Notes: generated by a model from the letters alone, not told the origin. Positions 16,280-25,502 are shown, counted from the first letter of the stretch. The stretch: DNA of 32,443 nt from an uncultured Calditrichaceae bacterium (GCA_964629935.1 CAZVSL010000003.1:1-32443); one strand, 5' to 3'. A program made the numbers and translations.

Positions 16280-16543
16280 ATGGCTTTAGTCTACAAGATC
16301 ATAGAGTTACGCGGCCGCACCTTTATGAAAGGCAGACTGCGACTGAAGCAAGTTGAAGACTTGCTGAATAAATATTCTGCTGACGGCTGGGATCTCGACC
16401 GCATCATGCCCAGCAATCAGTTTTCTTTTTTAAAGGGCAAGAAGGATGTTTATCTTGTTTTTTTTAAGATGGACCGGGATGAGTATTTTCGCAGAACAAA
16501 AGGAAAGAAGATATCTGCTACAGAAGAGAGTAACGGCGCGTAA
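16280..16543 (+). CDS. DUF4177-like small protein (87 aa), last gene of the operon
   Basis: A GGAG SD precedes the ATG. The sequence YKIIEL...LLNKYSADGWDLDRIMP...VYLVFFK matches my recollection of the DUF4177 pattern (small alpha/beta protein with a GWEL/GWDL motif). A basic C-terminal tail follows. Confidence 0.5.
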   Translation: MALVYKIIELRGRTFMKGRLRLKQVEDLLNKYSADGWDLDRIMPSNQFSFLKGKKDVYLVFFKMDRDEYFRRTKGKKISATEESNGA

Positions 16544-16554
16544 ATCTTGGCGCG

Positions 16555-17304
16555 CTAGGCCATCAACTCGCTCAGTCGCGCATATCCACGTTTGCTCACT
16601 TTGAGTTTTGTGCCATCCTGCAGCACAGCTCGATAGCTGTCCTTCCCCAAGACTTCCATTCGGCTGATAAACGAAGTTCTCACAATGTAGGACCTGTGTA
16701 TGCGCACAAATCCGTTCGGATCCAGGTTTGCTTCAAAGAACTTCATGGTTTTGGCCTTGAGGTGGCTACCGTCTTTGGTGTGCAACATGACGTAGTCATC
16801 CTGTGCTTCCAGCCACAGCAGTTTTTCAACCGGAATCAGGTGAATCTTGTGACCGGTCTTCACCACCACGCGCTTCAGAAACTCGATGCGCTCATCCTTA
16901 TGTTTGAGCAGGTCGCTGATGACCTGCTTGTTGCGTGGTTGATCTTGAAGGAAAAGTTTGGCCCGTTTCACGGCTTCGGCAAAGCGCTCTTTGGAGTAGG
17001 GCTTTAGCAGATAGTCGGCGGCGCTGACCTCGAATGCTTTCAGGGCGTATTGATCGAACGCCGTACTAAAGATCACCACGGGTGGTTCATCAATTATCTC
17101 GAGCATTTCGAATCCTGTCAGCTTGGGCATCTGGATATCGAGGAAAATCAAATCCGGGCTAAGCGCGTTTATCTGCTTTAGGCCATCGAAGCCGTTGCTG
17201 CACTCTGCTGTAATCTCGATATCAGGGAAGTCCTGCAGATATTGCCTGATGACCGTACGCGCCGGCGCCTCGTCATCGATGATGATTGCAGATATTTTAT
17301 TCAA
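16555..17304 (-). CDS. LytR/AlgR-family response regulator (receiver + LytTR DNA-binding domain)
   Basis: Receiver motifs are IIIDDEAPAR and DLIFLDIQMPKLTGFE. The C-terminal LytTR pattern is ...IHLIPVEKLLWLEAQDDYVMLHT...FVRIHRSYIV. Confidence 0.9.
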   Translation of the reverse strand: MNKISAIIIDDEAPARTVIRQYLQDFPDIEITAECSNGFDGLKQINALSPDLIFLDIQMPKLTGFEMLEIIDEPPVVIFSTAFDQYALKAFEVSAADYLLKPYSKERFAEAVKRAKLFLQDQPRNKQVISDLLKHKDERIEFLKRVVVKTGHKIHLIPVEKLLWLEAQDDYVMLHTKDGSHLKAKTMKFFEANLDPNGFVRIHRSYIVRTSFISRMEVLGKDSYRAVLQDGTKLKVSKRGYARLSELMA

Positions 17305-17306
17305 CC

Positions 17307-18380
17307 TTAATTCTCCTCGACCGGAATAAACATATTGACGCGAAATCTGTCTTCTTCTTTTTCAATATCGAGTAAATTGACGTGGTTATACATCATTTGC
17401 AGACGGTTTCGCACGTTGCTTATCCCGATTCCTTCTCTGTTAGAAGTTACAGCGTCCGGATCAAAATTGTTCTCCACGGTGATCTTCAAGAAGTTGCCAT
17501 TCTGCTGGCACTTGAACTTGATATCAACCGGTTTCAGGCTTTCATAGACGCCGTGTTTGATGGCGTTTTCGATTAGCGGTTGAAATATCATGCTTGGTAC
17601 TCTCTTGCTCATGCAGGTTGACTCAACGTGCTGTGTAAATCCGAGTTTGTCGCCAAAACGCACTTTTTCGATATCCAGATAGAGCTTGAGTGAATCCAGT
17701 TCCTCCTGCATCGTATTTTTTTGCCGTTCACTGCTTGAGAGAGTATAGCGCAAATAGTCTCCCAACTTTATTGTCATTTCACCTGCTTTTTGCGGATCCG
17801 TCATGGTCAGAGCGTTGATTGAATTCAGGCTATTGAAAATAAAGTGCGGATTGATCTGGAATTTCAGTGAGCGTAGTTCCGCTTCTTTGACCAGCATTTC
17901 CAGTTTCGACTCTTTGATGAGCTGGCGCCTGTAGTTTTCGGAAAAGATATAGACATAATAGAAGGATACGATAAGGAAATAGAACAAGACACCGATGAGT
18001 CCACGCCAAACTATGGAGTTGCGCAGGAAGGCGAGATAGTCAGCCTCGACAGCGAACACTTCCGACAGAAATAAGTAGGAAACGCCAAGCCAGAGCACTG
18101 AGGTAAAAGCTGACGCAAACAGGTGATGCTCCAGCACCTTGGGCCATCTTAGACGGTCGATGGTGACAACCTTGGTGCTATACCAGAATGCAAGCCCGAG
18201 CAGACAATAAAATGCCGTGAATGTCAAACTGTCGATGAGCACCCATTGCAGCGGAAGCTTTTGATGGAGCGTCAACACCACAACATGCACGCTGGCGACA
18301 AGCGCCCAGGTGGCAAGATAGAGGTAGATGCTGCGCTTAGAATTCAGAATTGGATGGTCCATTGAAAGCGTAATCCTCAA
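17307..18380 (-). CDS. LytS/YehU-type sensor histidine kinase (multi-TM sensor + His_kinase + HATPase)
   Basis: Four to five N-terminal TM helices. The H-box is LRSLKFQINPHFIFNSLNSI, the N-box FQPLIENAIKHG and the G-box REGIGISNVRNRL. The track start is TTG 18380, which overlaps the upstream stop as TTGA. ATG 18362 is an alternative start. Confidence 0.85.
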   Translation of the reverse strand: MRITLSMDHPILNSKRSIYLYLATWALVASVHVVVLTLHQKLPLQWVLIDSLTFTAFYCLLGLAFWYSTKVVTIDRLRWPKVLEHHLFASAFTSVLWLGVSYLFLSEVFAVEADYLAFLRNSIVWRGLIGVLFYFLIVSFYYVYIFSENYRRQLIKESKLEMLVKEAELRSLKFQINPHFIFNSLNSINALTMTDPQKAGEMTIKLGDYLRYTLSSSERQKNTMQEELDSLKLYLDIEKVRFGDKLGFTQHVESTCMSKRVPSMIFQPLIENAIKHGVYESLKPVDIKFKCQQNGNFLKITVENNFDPDAVTSNREGIGISNVRNRLQMMYNHVNLLDIEKEEDRFRVNMFIPVEEN

Positions 18381-19096
18381 ACGCCGGTTGGCCGTGACAC
18401 TTTTAGTTCGATAGCGCCAAACAACACCATGCCCTTGATAATGAGTTTGCTGTCTTCCTGCAGGGTAGGCGCTGCCTCGGGTCTCGAGTCTTCCAGTCCA
18501 CCGAAAATTGGCACGGCGTCGACAACCACGTGCCAGTCATCAGGAACGGTGATCTCGGTGCCGCCGAAAATCGTCAGGATATCCAGATAATTGTCGCCTT
18601 TGGCGAGGCGTGCTCTGCTGAAGTTGATCTCAGCGCCACCGAATATGGTGGTGATGCGCCCACCTTCGAAGTTATCTGAAGCGACGTCCCTTTCATTGCC
18701 GCCGAAAAATGCCATGGCGCTGAGCCAATTTTGCGAAGTTCTGTTTTTGGTTTGGCCTCTGTTACTGTGCCGCAGCAGAATGGAAACGCCAATGCCTATA
18801 AGTAGTAATGGCCAGAATCGCCAAATCATGCGCCAGTCCAGAATGCCAAGGTAACCAAGCGAAAAGACGATACCGATGCCCAGAAATACCCAGCCAGCGG
18901 CGCGCTCATCCCTGGCGCTATCCTTTAGTTTTGCAATTCCGATCAGAATAAATATTACCGGCCAGAATTGCCAGACGTCGCCAAAATCGATGATGTCAAG
19001 ATTGTCGAGCAGAAACAAACCACCAAGTGCGATGAGTCCTATGGCAACCCAGGGGATTTGTTTTGGCGCCGCATGCCTTTTGTTGTGATTGTGCAC
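18377..19096 (-). CDS. LiaF-like membrane protein (cell-envelope stress module, DUF2154-type C-terminal domain)
   Basis: A GTG start has an AGGAG SD. Four TM helices (WVAIGLIALGGLFLL, FWPVIFILIGIAKL, ...) are followed by repetitive FGG-containing beta segments (FFGGNERDV..., TIFGGAEINF..., TIFGGTEITVPDDW..., PIFGGLED) typical of LiaF-type domains. Confidence 0.7.
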   Translation of the reverse strand: MHNHNKRHAAPKQIPWVAIGLIALGGLFLLDNLDIIDFGDVWQFWPVIFILIGIAKLKDSARDERAAGWVFLGIGIVFSLGYLGILDWRMIWRFWPLLLIGIGVSILLRHSNRGQTKNRTSQNWLSAMAFFGGNERDVASDNFEGGRITTIFGGAEINFSRARLAKGDNYLDILTIFGGTEITVPDDWHVVVDAVPIFGGLEDSRPEAAPTLQEDSKLIIKGMVLFGAIELKVSRPTGV

Positions 19097-19120
19097 TGTT
19101 TTCTCCTGTTATGAAGGCGT

Positions 19121-19309
19121 TCAGATGAGAAACCTTATAAGTTGTTGCAGGTATTCGAGCAAAGAGTCAGTCCATTTCTGGTGAAAGTCCGGGATCTCCG
19201 GAGGCCCGATTATTCCCAAGAATAAGCCAACGGCGATCAGTAAAACTGCGATCACGAGATCCTTGTTTCTGGCCAGGAGGGTCGCAAGTGACATTGTCTT
19301 TCTTCCCAT
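19121..19309 (-). CDS. Hypothetical small membrane protein (start uncertain)
   Basis: The ORF upstream of the LiaF-like gene has one TM (LVIAVLLIAVGLFLGII). Candidate starts are ATG 19309 and ATG 19294, while the track uses TTG 19348. I recognise no family. Confidence 0.3.
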   Translation of the reverse strand: MGRKTMSLATLLARNKDLVIAVLLIAVGLFLGIIGPPEIPDFHQKWTDSLLEYLQQLIRFLI

Positions 19310-19517
19310 GATTTTGGTCTCATCGAAACGTGGCTCAATATACGGCAAAGCTCAGTTTGAGACCATCGAAAATCGGTGAAGGGAAGAAAAGGGCCGGTGA
19401 ATGCTCAAAATATATGGCTCTGTAGCTGTCCTGTCAAGGGATTTCCACGTTGCGCTTGTCCTGGTTTGTTGCTATTTTCTGCCAAACATGCCATCAACAC
19501 ATATTCGAAACGGAGGA

Positions 19518-20846
19518 ATGATGAAGCGATTCTGTCTGTTAATTTCACTCGTTGCTTTTCTGCCTGTATTTTCCGCCCGGGCCCAGGACGTGCCAAAAAT
19601 TCTAAGCATGCAGGACCGTGCAGAACTCCGTGATGCATGGCTCGAGCAGCGGCTGGCCACGGTCTTGCCGGGCTTAATGACACGGGAGGCTATTGACATG
19701 TGGGTGATTGTGGCGCGGGAATATAACGAAGACCCTGTGATCAAGACGATGCTGCCGGCGAAATGGCACGCAGCCAGGCGCCGTACCATCCTTGTTTTCT
19801 TCGATAAAGGCGAACAAGTCGAGCGATTGGCTGTGGCAAGATATGACATCGGCGATTTCTTCAAGAAAGCATGGGACAAAGAAAAGCAGCCTGACCAGCT
19901 TGCCAGGTTGGCTGAAATCATCCGGGAGAGAGATCCGAAAAAGATCGCCATAAACTATTCCCGTGACTTTGCACTGGCTGATGGTATCACCTACAGCGAA
20001 TATACTGCGTTGATGGAGGCTTTGCCGCAGAAATTACAGGAGCGCATCGTCTCCGGAGAGCGCCTGGCCATTGGCTGGCTGGAAACACGTACGCCCGAAG
20101 AGCTGTCGGTGTATTCGAGCATCTGTCGCATTGCTCATGAGGTTATCCATGCCGGTTTTTCGGACAACACGATCCAGCCCGGCTTTACGACGACATCAGA
20201 CGTGGAGTGGTGGTTTCGCGAACGAATTCGGGAGTTAAAGCTGACAACCTGGTTTCATCCGTCCGTTTCTGTGCAGCGTGCGACAGAGCCGGGACGCTCC
20301 GGCAGCTTCGCGTCGAAGCCAGAGTCGATGACAATTGAGCGTGGCGACTTGTTGCATGTCGATTTTGGCATCACGTATCTCGGCTTAAACACAGACACAC
20401 AGCAACATGCGTACGTACTGAAGCCGGACGAGCGCGATGCGCCAGCCGGTCTGAAGAAAGCGCTGCAGGCCGGCAACCGGTTACAGGATATCCTGACTTC
20501 GCAGTTCGAGTACGGTCGCACCGGCAATGAAATCCTTGCGGCTGCGTTGAAACAAGCCAAAGAGGAGGGCTTGAAACCGAGCATTTATACCCACCCGCTT
20601 GGATTTCATGGACATGCGGCCGGGCCGACGATCGGTCTGTGGGATCAACAAGAAGGCGTACCCGGCAAAGGAGATTATGAGCTTTATTATGACACGGTGC
20701 ATTCAATCGAGCTGAACGTGACAACGACAATTCCGGAATGGGAGAGCAAAGAGATAAGGATAATGCTGGAAGAGGATGCTGTGTTTACGAAAAGTGGTGT
20801 TCGCTATCTGGACGGCCGGCAGACAGAGTTGATTTTGATTCCCTGA
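19518..20846 (+). CDS. Secreted M24-family metallopeptidase (Xaa-Pro peptidase/creatinase-like)
   Basis: I prefer ATG 19518, which has GGAGGA immediately upstream, over the track start 19401. This gives the signal peptide MMKRFCLLISLVAFLPVFSARAQ. The pita-bread metal-site pattern is DLLHVDFGITYLGLNTDTQ..., HPLGFHGHAAGP, ...IELNV..., ...MLEED. Confidence 0.8.
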   Translation: MMKRFCLLISLVAFLPVFSARAQDVPKILSMQDRAELRDAWLEQRLATVLPGLMTREAIDMWVIVAREYNEDPVIKTMLPAKWHAARRRTILVFFDKGEQVERLAVARYDIGDFFKKAWDKEKQPDQLARLAEIIRERDPKKIAINYSRDFALADGITYSEYTALMEALPQKLQERIVSGERLAIGWLETRTPEELSVYSSICRIAHEVIHAGFSDNTIQPGFTTTSDVEWWFRERIRELKLTTWFHPSVSVQRATEPGRSGSFASKPESMTIERGDLLHVDFGITYLGLNTDTQQHAYVLKPDERDAPAGLKKALQAGNRLQDILTSQFEYGRTGNEILAAALKQAKEEGLKPSIYTHPLGFHGHAAGPTIGLWDQQEGVPGKGDYELYYDTVHSIELNVTTTIPEWESKEIRIMLEEDAVFTKSGVRYLDGRQTELILIP

Positions 20847-20886
20847 GTTGCAGGTACAGGTCTTCAATCGTTCAGGTGACCGGGCA

Positions 20887-22323
20887 TCAATTTTTGTGCT
20901 GAACTCTTACGTTCTTGGGCGAGGCTGGCGGCAAATCTATGGCGCCACTACCGCCGGCCTCATACGCACCGATGTCTGGCGCGTTGCCCTGGGGCACCTG
21001 GCTACCGGCGATGTCCTGTTCCAGGCCAACTTCTGTGGCCGCGTCAATGCACGGTGAATTATCCGAGAGTTTGATGTCTGCGATCTTGTTGGGCGCGGCA
21101 GAGCTCAGCCCGGGATCGGATGTCAGGGAGTGTCCGTCTCCGCCATAAGCGCGTTGCCAACCTTCGAAGTCTACGTCATCGCTTTCCGCTGCTCCGTTTC
21201 TGAAGAAGATGCCGTCTCTCTCATTGTAGTAGCTGTTGTAGTCGAACGCATTTTGATGATCATCGGGCAGCGATTTGCTATCGGCGATCAAAATTTGACG
21301 GTAACAACTATAGAACAGATTGTTCATGATTGTGTTACCGGTGGGCGAGTTGGTTTTGGCGGTCTTTGGGTTGAATATAGAAATCCCAATAACGCAATCT
21401 GATACAGTATTATTGAAAATATGATTGTTACGTCCGACCTTTTGGTGGTCGACAAAGTGGCTGGAGACGGCTAGCACGATGACCCCGGCGTAGCTATTGT
21501 GAACAAGGTTGTAAGCAACCAGGGCATCATTGTAAGTTTCGATACCCTCTTCTTCGCAGTCGTGAACGTGGTTACGGGTGATCGTATTTTGATTAACGGA
21601 GCGAATCCCCTGATGCACAACGTGGTGAATATGGTTGCGATCAATGATATTATCCACCGAGTGCACCTTGATGGTTATGCCCACGACACAATTGTAGATT
21701 TCACTATTTCTGACGACGTTGCCGCGTGCGCTGTAGTTGTGGTCCGCGCCTGCGGTTCCGATATAGACGCCCGCGCCCTCCTTGTGGTCGCCAACGTCAT
21801 GGATGATGGTGTTTTCCACCAACGCATTTGCTGTGTTGTGATTCAAACCTATACCGACCGGGCTACCGGGACCGGTTTTTGTGATGTTTTCGATGACGCA
21901 GTTGCGCACCGTCAGCATCTCGGAATTGATAGCATAAATCCCCATGTCGCCCCAGTCCAGAATGTGGATATCCTCAATGGTGAAGTTGCGAACCCCGTCT
22001 GCCCGAATGGCATCGTCAGACAGCTTGCCGTCTTTTGTGCCGATCATCCTGGGCCTGTCGCCGGCGCCGTACGCCGTGATGGTCAGGCCGTCCCGACCTT
22101 CCAGATGCTGGCCGTGCCATGCTTCACCCCGCTTCAGTAAAACGATATCACCGGAACCGAGATCGGCTGCATTCACTTTGCTGAGCGTTTGCCAGGCGCT
22201 GTTCTCTGAGACGCCAGAGTTGCTGTCATTGCCGTTTCTCGCATCGACATAGTATGTCTCCGCAAAAACGGCAGACGCCAGAAAAAAAGCCGCAAACAGG
22301 GCGAAACTTATGCTGCGTAACAT
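20887..22323 (-). CDS. Secreted right-handed parallel beta-helix repeat protein (pectate-lyase-fold)
   Basis: I prefer ATG 22323, which gives the signal peptide MLRSISFALFAAFFLASAVFA. The N-terminal cap is YYVDARNGNDSNSGVSENSAWQTL. Many repeats of ~22 aa carry N/H/I/V ladders (NCVIENI, NTIIHDV, NSEIYNC, NHIHHV, ...). A C-terminal DIGAYE motif is present. Confidence 0.8.
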   Translation of the reverse strand: MLRSISFALFAAFFLASAVFAETYYVDARNGNDSNSGVSENSAWQTLSKVNAADLGSGDIVLLKRGEAWHGQHLEGRDGLTITAYGAGDRPRMIGTKDGKLSDDAIRADGVRNFTIEDIHILDWGDMGIYAINSEMLTVRNCVIENITKTGPGSPVGIGLNHNTANALVENTIIHDVGDHKEGAGVYIGTAGADHNYSARGNVVRNSEIYNCVVGITIKVHSVDNIIDRNHIHHVVHQGIRSVNQNTITRNHVHDCEEEGIETYNDALVAYNLVHNSYAGVIVLAVSSHFVDHQKVGRNNHIFNNTVSDCVIGISIFNPKTAKTNSPTGNTIMNNLFYSCYRQILIADSKSLPDDHQNAFDYNSYYNERDGIFFRNGAAESDDVDFEGWQRAYGGDGHSLTSDPGLSSAAPNKIADIKLSDNSPCIDAATEVGLEQDIAGSQVPQGNAPDIGAYEAGGSGAIDLPPASPKNVRVQHKN

Positions 22324-22609
22324 CAACTTGCTCCGGTTTGGTGGTGATACAGTTCGTTGGGGTAAGAGAAATAAAGCATGATAGAGCCGATTGTGAGAAG
22401 GACTACCAAACATATGTCGGAGTATCGAACCTGCAAGTGTTCATTTTGAAGAAAACTTCATATCTCACATAGGACCGGCAACACTTCAATGCTAAGGAGC
22501 ATCAAGTAGCAAAAACAGTACCAGTGACTCGCATGGAAGTCAGCCGATGATGCGCGTTCAAAATGTGCAATTGGCGATTCTTGTTCAGGCCCGTAATTCG
22601 TTTTGGTAA

Positions 22610-25348
22610 TCAATGAGCTTCAAGCCAGTTGGGGCCGACGCCGATTTCAGCCTTGATAGGTACGTCGAGCGGTATGGCATGCTCCATTTCCCATTTAACC
22701 AGCTCCTGTACTGCGGGGCTTTCCGATTCAGGGGCTTCAAATACAAGCTCATCGTGCACCTGCATGATCATTTTGGTTTCGTAGCCTTCCCTTTGCAGTC
22801 TGCGCGAAATATTGATCATGGCCACTTTCAGGAGTTCTGCGGCTGTTCCCTGAATTGGTGTGTTGACGGCCGTGCGTTTGGCAAACTCGCGTATGTTGCG
22901 ATTCTTGCTGTTGATCTCGGGGAGATAACGTCGTCGGTTTAGCAGTGTGGTTACATATCCGTGTGTTTCCACCTGCTGGTGCATTTTGAGGATAAATTCC
23001 TGAACCTTGCCATATTGCGCAAAATAGCTGATGATAAATTCGCGTGCTTCTTCATTCGAAATGTTGAGGCGCGAGGCCAGGCCGTAGACGCCCATACCAT
23101 ACATAATGCCAAAATTGATTTCCTTGGCCCGGCGGCGATGTTCATGGGTCAGCTCTTGCGAGTCAACTCCAAAAACCAGAGAAGCGGTTTTCGTGTGAAT
23201 GTCTTCTTCGTTGCGAAATGCCTCCAGAAGCACGGGATCCCGTGATAGATGCGCCATTACGCGCAGCTCGATCTGCGAGTAGTCAGCGTCGATGATGACG
23301 TGCTGGTCATCACATGGGATGAAAGCCCGCCGGATTTCCCTCCCCATGTCAGTTCGGATGGGGATATTCTGCAAATTCGGATCGCTGGAAGATAGACGGC
23401 CGGTAGCGGCTACGGTCTGATTGTACGATGTGTGCAAGCGTCCGGTCTCGGGATTCATCATCAGCGGCAAAGCGTCAACATAGGTGGACTTCAGTTTTAT
23501 CAGCTCGCGATAGTCCAACAGCGTTTTTGGCAGCTCATGAACTTTGGCCAGTTCTTCCAGTACCTTGGCGTCCGTGGAATAGCCTGTTTTTGTGCGCCTT
23601 CTTCTCGGCAAATTTAGCTTTTCAAACAGAATTTGTCCGAGCTGTTGCGTGGAGTTGATGTTGAATTCCTCGCCCGCGATATCGTATATCCTACTCCTGA
23701 GCTTCTCCAGCTTTTTTGCCATTTCTTGAGACATCTTGTGCAGGAATTCAAGGTCCAGCGCAACACCGTGCCGCTCCATTTGACGCAAGACATCGATGAG
23801 CGGCAACTCCACATCCCGAAACAGGTTTATGAGGTTGCCATTCTGTAATTGCGGTTCGAACAGCTCCGTGAGCTTAAAAGTAATATCTGCATCTTCGCAG
23901 GCATAGCTGGCCACTTTCTCTGTCTCGATCTCCGCGATATTAAGCTGATTCTTGCCCGTTCCTAGTAGCTTCGAGGTAGAGATTTTCTCGTAGTTCAGGT
24001 GTTCTCTTGCCAGGGCGTCGATATTGTGCTGGCGGAGTGTTGGATTGATAAGGTAGGACGCAACCATGGTATCGAAATGCAGACCCTGCAATTCGATACC
24101 ATGGCGCGCCAGCACGATCATATCATACTTAATGTTGTGGCCTGATTTGTTTATCTTAGAGTTCTCCAGAATCGGCTTGAGGTAAGCATCGAGCGCCAAT
24201 GAGCCGAACAGCTCACCATCCGTCTTCAGATACATATCGCGCAAAACCGCATTGACGCCGTCGCCACCGGCGCGCCGTTCCAGGTAAACCGGCACATAGT
24301 AGGCCTCACCGGACTTGCATGAAAACGCGATCCCCACAACTTCGGCGCGCATGGGGTCACGGTCTGTTGCCTCAACATCAACCACAATGAATTTCGACTT
24401 TTCCAGCTCGCGAACCATTTGCTGCAACTGCTCTTGTGAGTCGATGATATGGTAAGCCACTTCGGACGTCGTTTGGTCTGACTTAAAGCGCTCGAGCATG
24501 CTGTTGAATTCGAGCTCGTGCAGAAGCTGGATGACTTGTTCGCGATTTGGCTCCGTTCTCTTCAGAGTCTCGAAATCCAGGTCAAACGGCACCTCTGTAT
24601 CGATCTTAACCAGTTTCTTCGACAGCAAAGCTTCTTCGCGCTGGGTCTGCAGATTCTTGCGTACGTTGGCGCGGCTCACCTTGTCTGCGTTTTCGAGCAC
24701 ACCTTCAACGCTGCCAAATTCTTTTATGAGCTTGACCGCTGTCTTTTCGCCCACACCTTTGACGCCCGGCACGTTATCCGATGTGTCTCCCATAAGTCCC
24801 ATATAATCGATGATCTGATTCGGTTCCAGGCCCACTTTTTCGCGCACGCCCTGTTCATCGAGCACTTCAACAGCTTCGCCGCCGCGTTTGGGGTTGTAAA
24901 GCTTGATACCCTTGTCGACAAGTTGCATGAAGTCTTTGTCGCCGCTGACGAGGTACGCTTCGAGGCCCTGTTGTTGGGCCCGCCTGGCAAGGGTGCCGAT
25001 CACATCATCTGCTTCAAATCCGGGGATCTCCAGAGTGGGGATGTTGAGGGCTCGCAGCACCTCAAGGATTTTTGGCACCTGATCCCGCATATCATCCGGC
25101 ATTTTCTGGCGGGTCGCCTTATATTCCTTATACTGCTTGTGCCTGAAGGTTGGTCCCTTGGGGTCGAAGACAACCGCGAGATAATCCGGATTCTCATTGT
25201 CGATTATCATGAGCAGAAACCGAAGGAAGCCAAAGATAGCGCTCGTATTTTCTCCGCGTGAGTTGATTAGCGGATTGTTAATGAAAGCAAAGTAAGAGCG
25301 ATAGGCGATGGCTGAGCCGTCGATGAGAAACAGGGATTTCGAGGACAT
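22610..25348 (-). CDS. polA: DNA polymerase I
   Basis: 912 aa. The 5'-nuclease N-terminus is LFLIDGSAIAYRSYFAF. A central 3'-5' exonuclease-like domain follows. The Pol A motifs are DYSQIELRVMAH (A), RRRAKEINFGIMYGM (B) and QVHDELVFE (C). Confidence 0.97.
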   Translation of the reverse strand: MSSKSLFLIDGSAIAYRSYFAFINNPLINSRGENTSAIFGFLRFLLMIIDNENPDYLAVVFDPKGPTFRHKQYKEYKATRQKMPDDMRDQVPKILEVLRALNIPTLEIPGFEADDVIGTLARRAQQQGLEAYLVSGDKDFMQLVDKGIKLYNPKRGGEAVEVLDEQGVREKVGLEPNQIIDYMGLMGDTSDNVPGVKGVGEKTAVKLIKEFGSVEGVLENADKVSRANVRKNLQTQREEALLSKKLVKIDTEVPFDLDFETLKRTEPNREQVIQLLHELEFNSMLERFKSDQTTSEVAYHIIDSQEQLQQMVRELEKSKFIVVDVEATDRDPMRAEVVGIAFSCKSGEAYYVPVYLERRAGGDGVNAVLRDMYLKTDGELFGSLALDAYLKPILENSKINKSGHNIKYDMIVLARHGIELQGLHFDTMVASYLINPTLRQHNIDALAREHLNYEKISTSKLLGTGKNQLNIAEIETEKVASYACEDADITFKLTELFEPQLQNGNLINLFRDVELPLIDVLRQMERHGVALDLEFLHKMSQEMAKKLEKLRSRIYDIAGEEFNINSTQQLGQILFEKLNLPRRRRTKTGYSTDAKVLEELAKVHELPKTLLDYRELIKLKSTYVDALPLMMNPETGRLHTSYNQTVAATGRLSSSDPNLQNIPIRTDMGREIRRAFIPCDDQHVIIDADYSQIELRVMAHLSRDPVLLEAFRNEEDIHTKTASLVFGVDSQELTHEHRRRAKEINFGIMYGMGVYGLASRLNISNEEAREFIISYFAQYGKVQEFILKMHQQVETHGYVTTLLNRRRYLPEINSKNRNIREFAKRTAVNTPIQGTAAELLKVAMINISRRLQREGYETKMIMQVHDELVFEAPESESPAVQELVKWEMEHAIPLDVPIKAEIGVGPNWLEAH

Positions 25349-25502
25349 TTAATGGGTTCCGGGCGTTAAATTCTTTGTCAATTAGGATATATCGCAAATA
25401 TAACGACAACAGGACATAATAATCAAACCTTACTTTTGTGGTTTGACTGTTAGCTGGTTTTTCAGTAAGATTGAGTCACCGTTCACAAAGAAAGGAGTTT
25501 CC

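Noticed and set aside
6083-16543. Calling the T4SS-like cluster a mobile element (ICE or conjugative transposon)
   Set aside because: The window contains no integrase, relaxase, coupling protein, transposase, tRNA target or flanking direct repeats. It is therefore not annotated as a mobile_element. Whole-genome context could overturn this.
21499-22140. 213-aa + strand ORF
   Set aside because: It is antisense to the beta-helix repeat protein. Repetitive N/V/D codons produce long open antisense frames.
22415-22437. tRNA-like GGTTCGATA T-loop motif on the minus strand
   Set aside because: The flanking bases do not form a T-stem, since GCAGG does not pair with CTCCG. No acceptor or anticodon arms could be built.
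24518-25261. 247-aa + strand ORF
   Set aside because: It is antisense to polA, whose frame is unambiguous.
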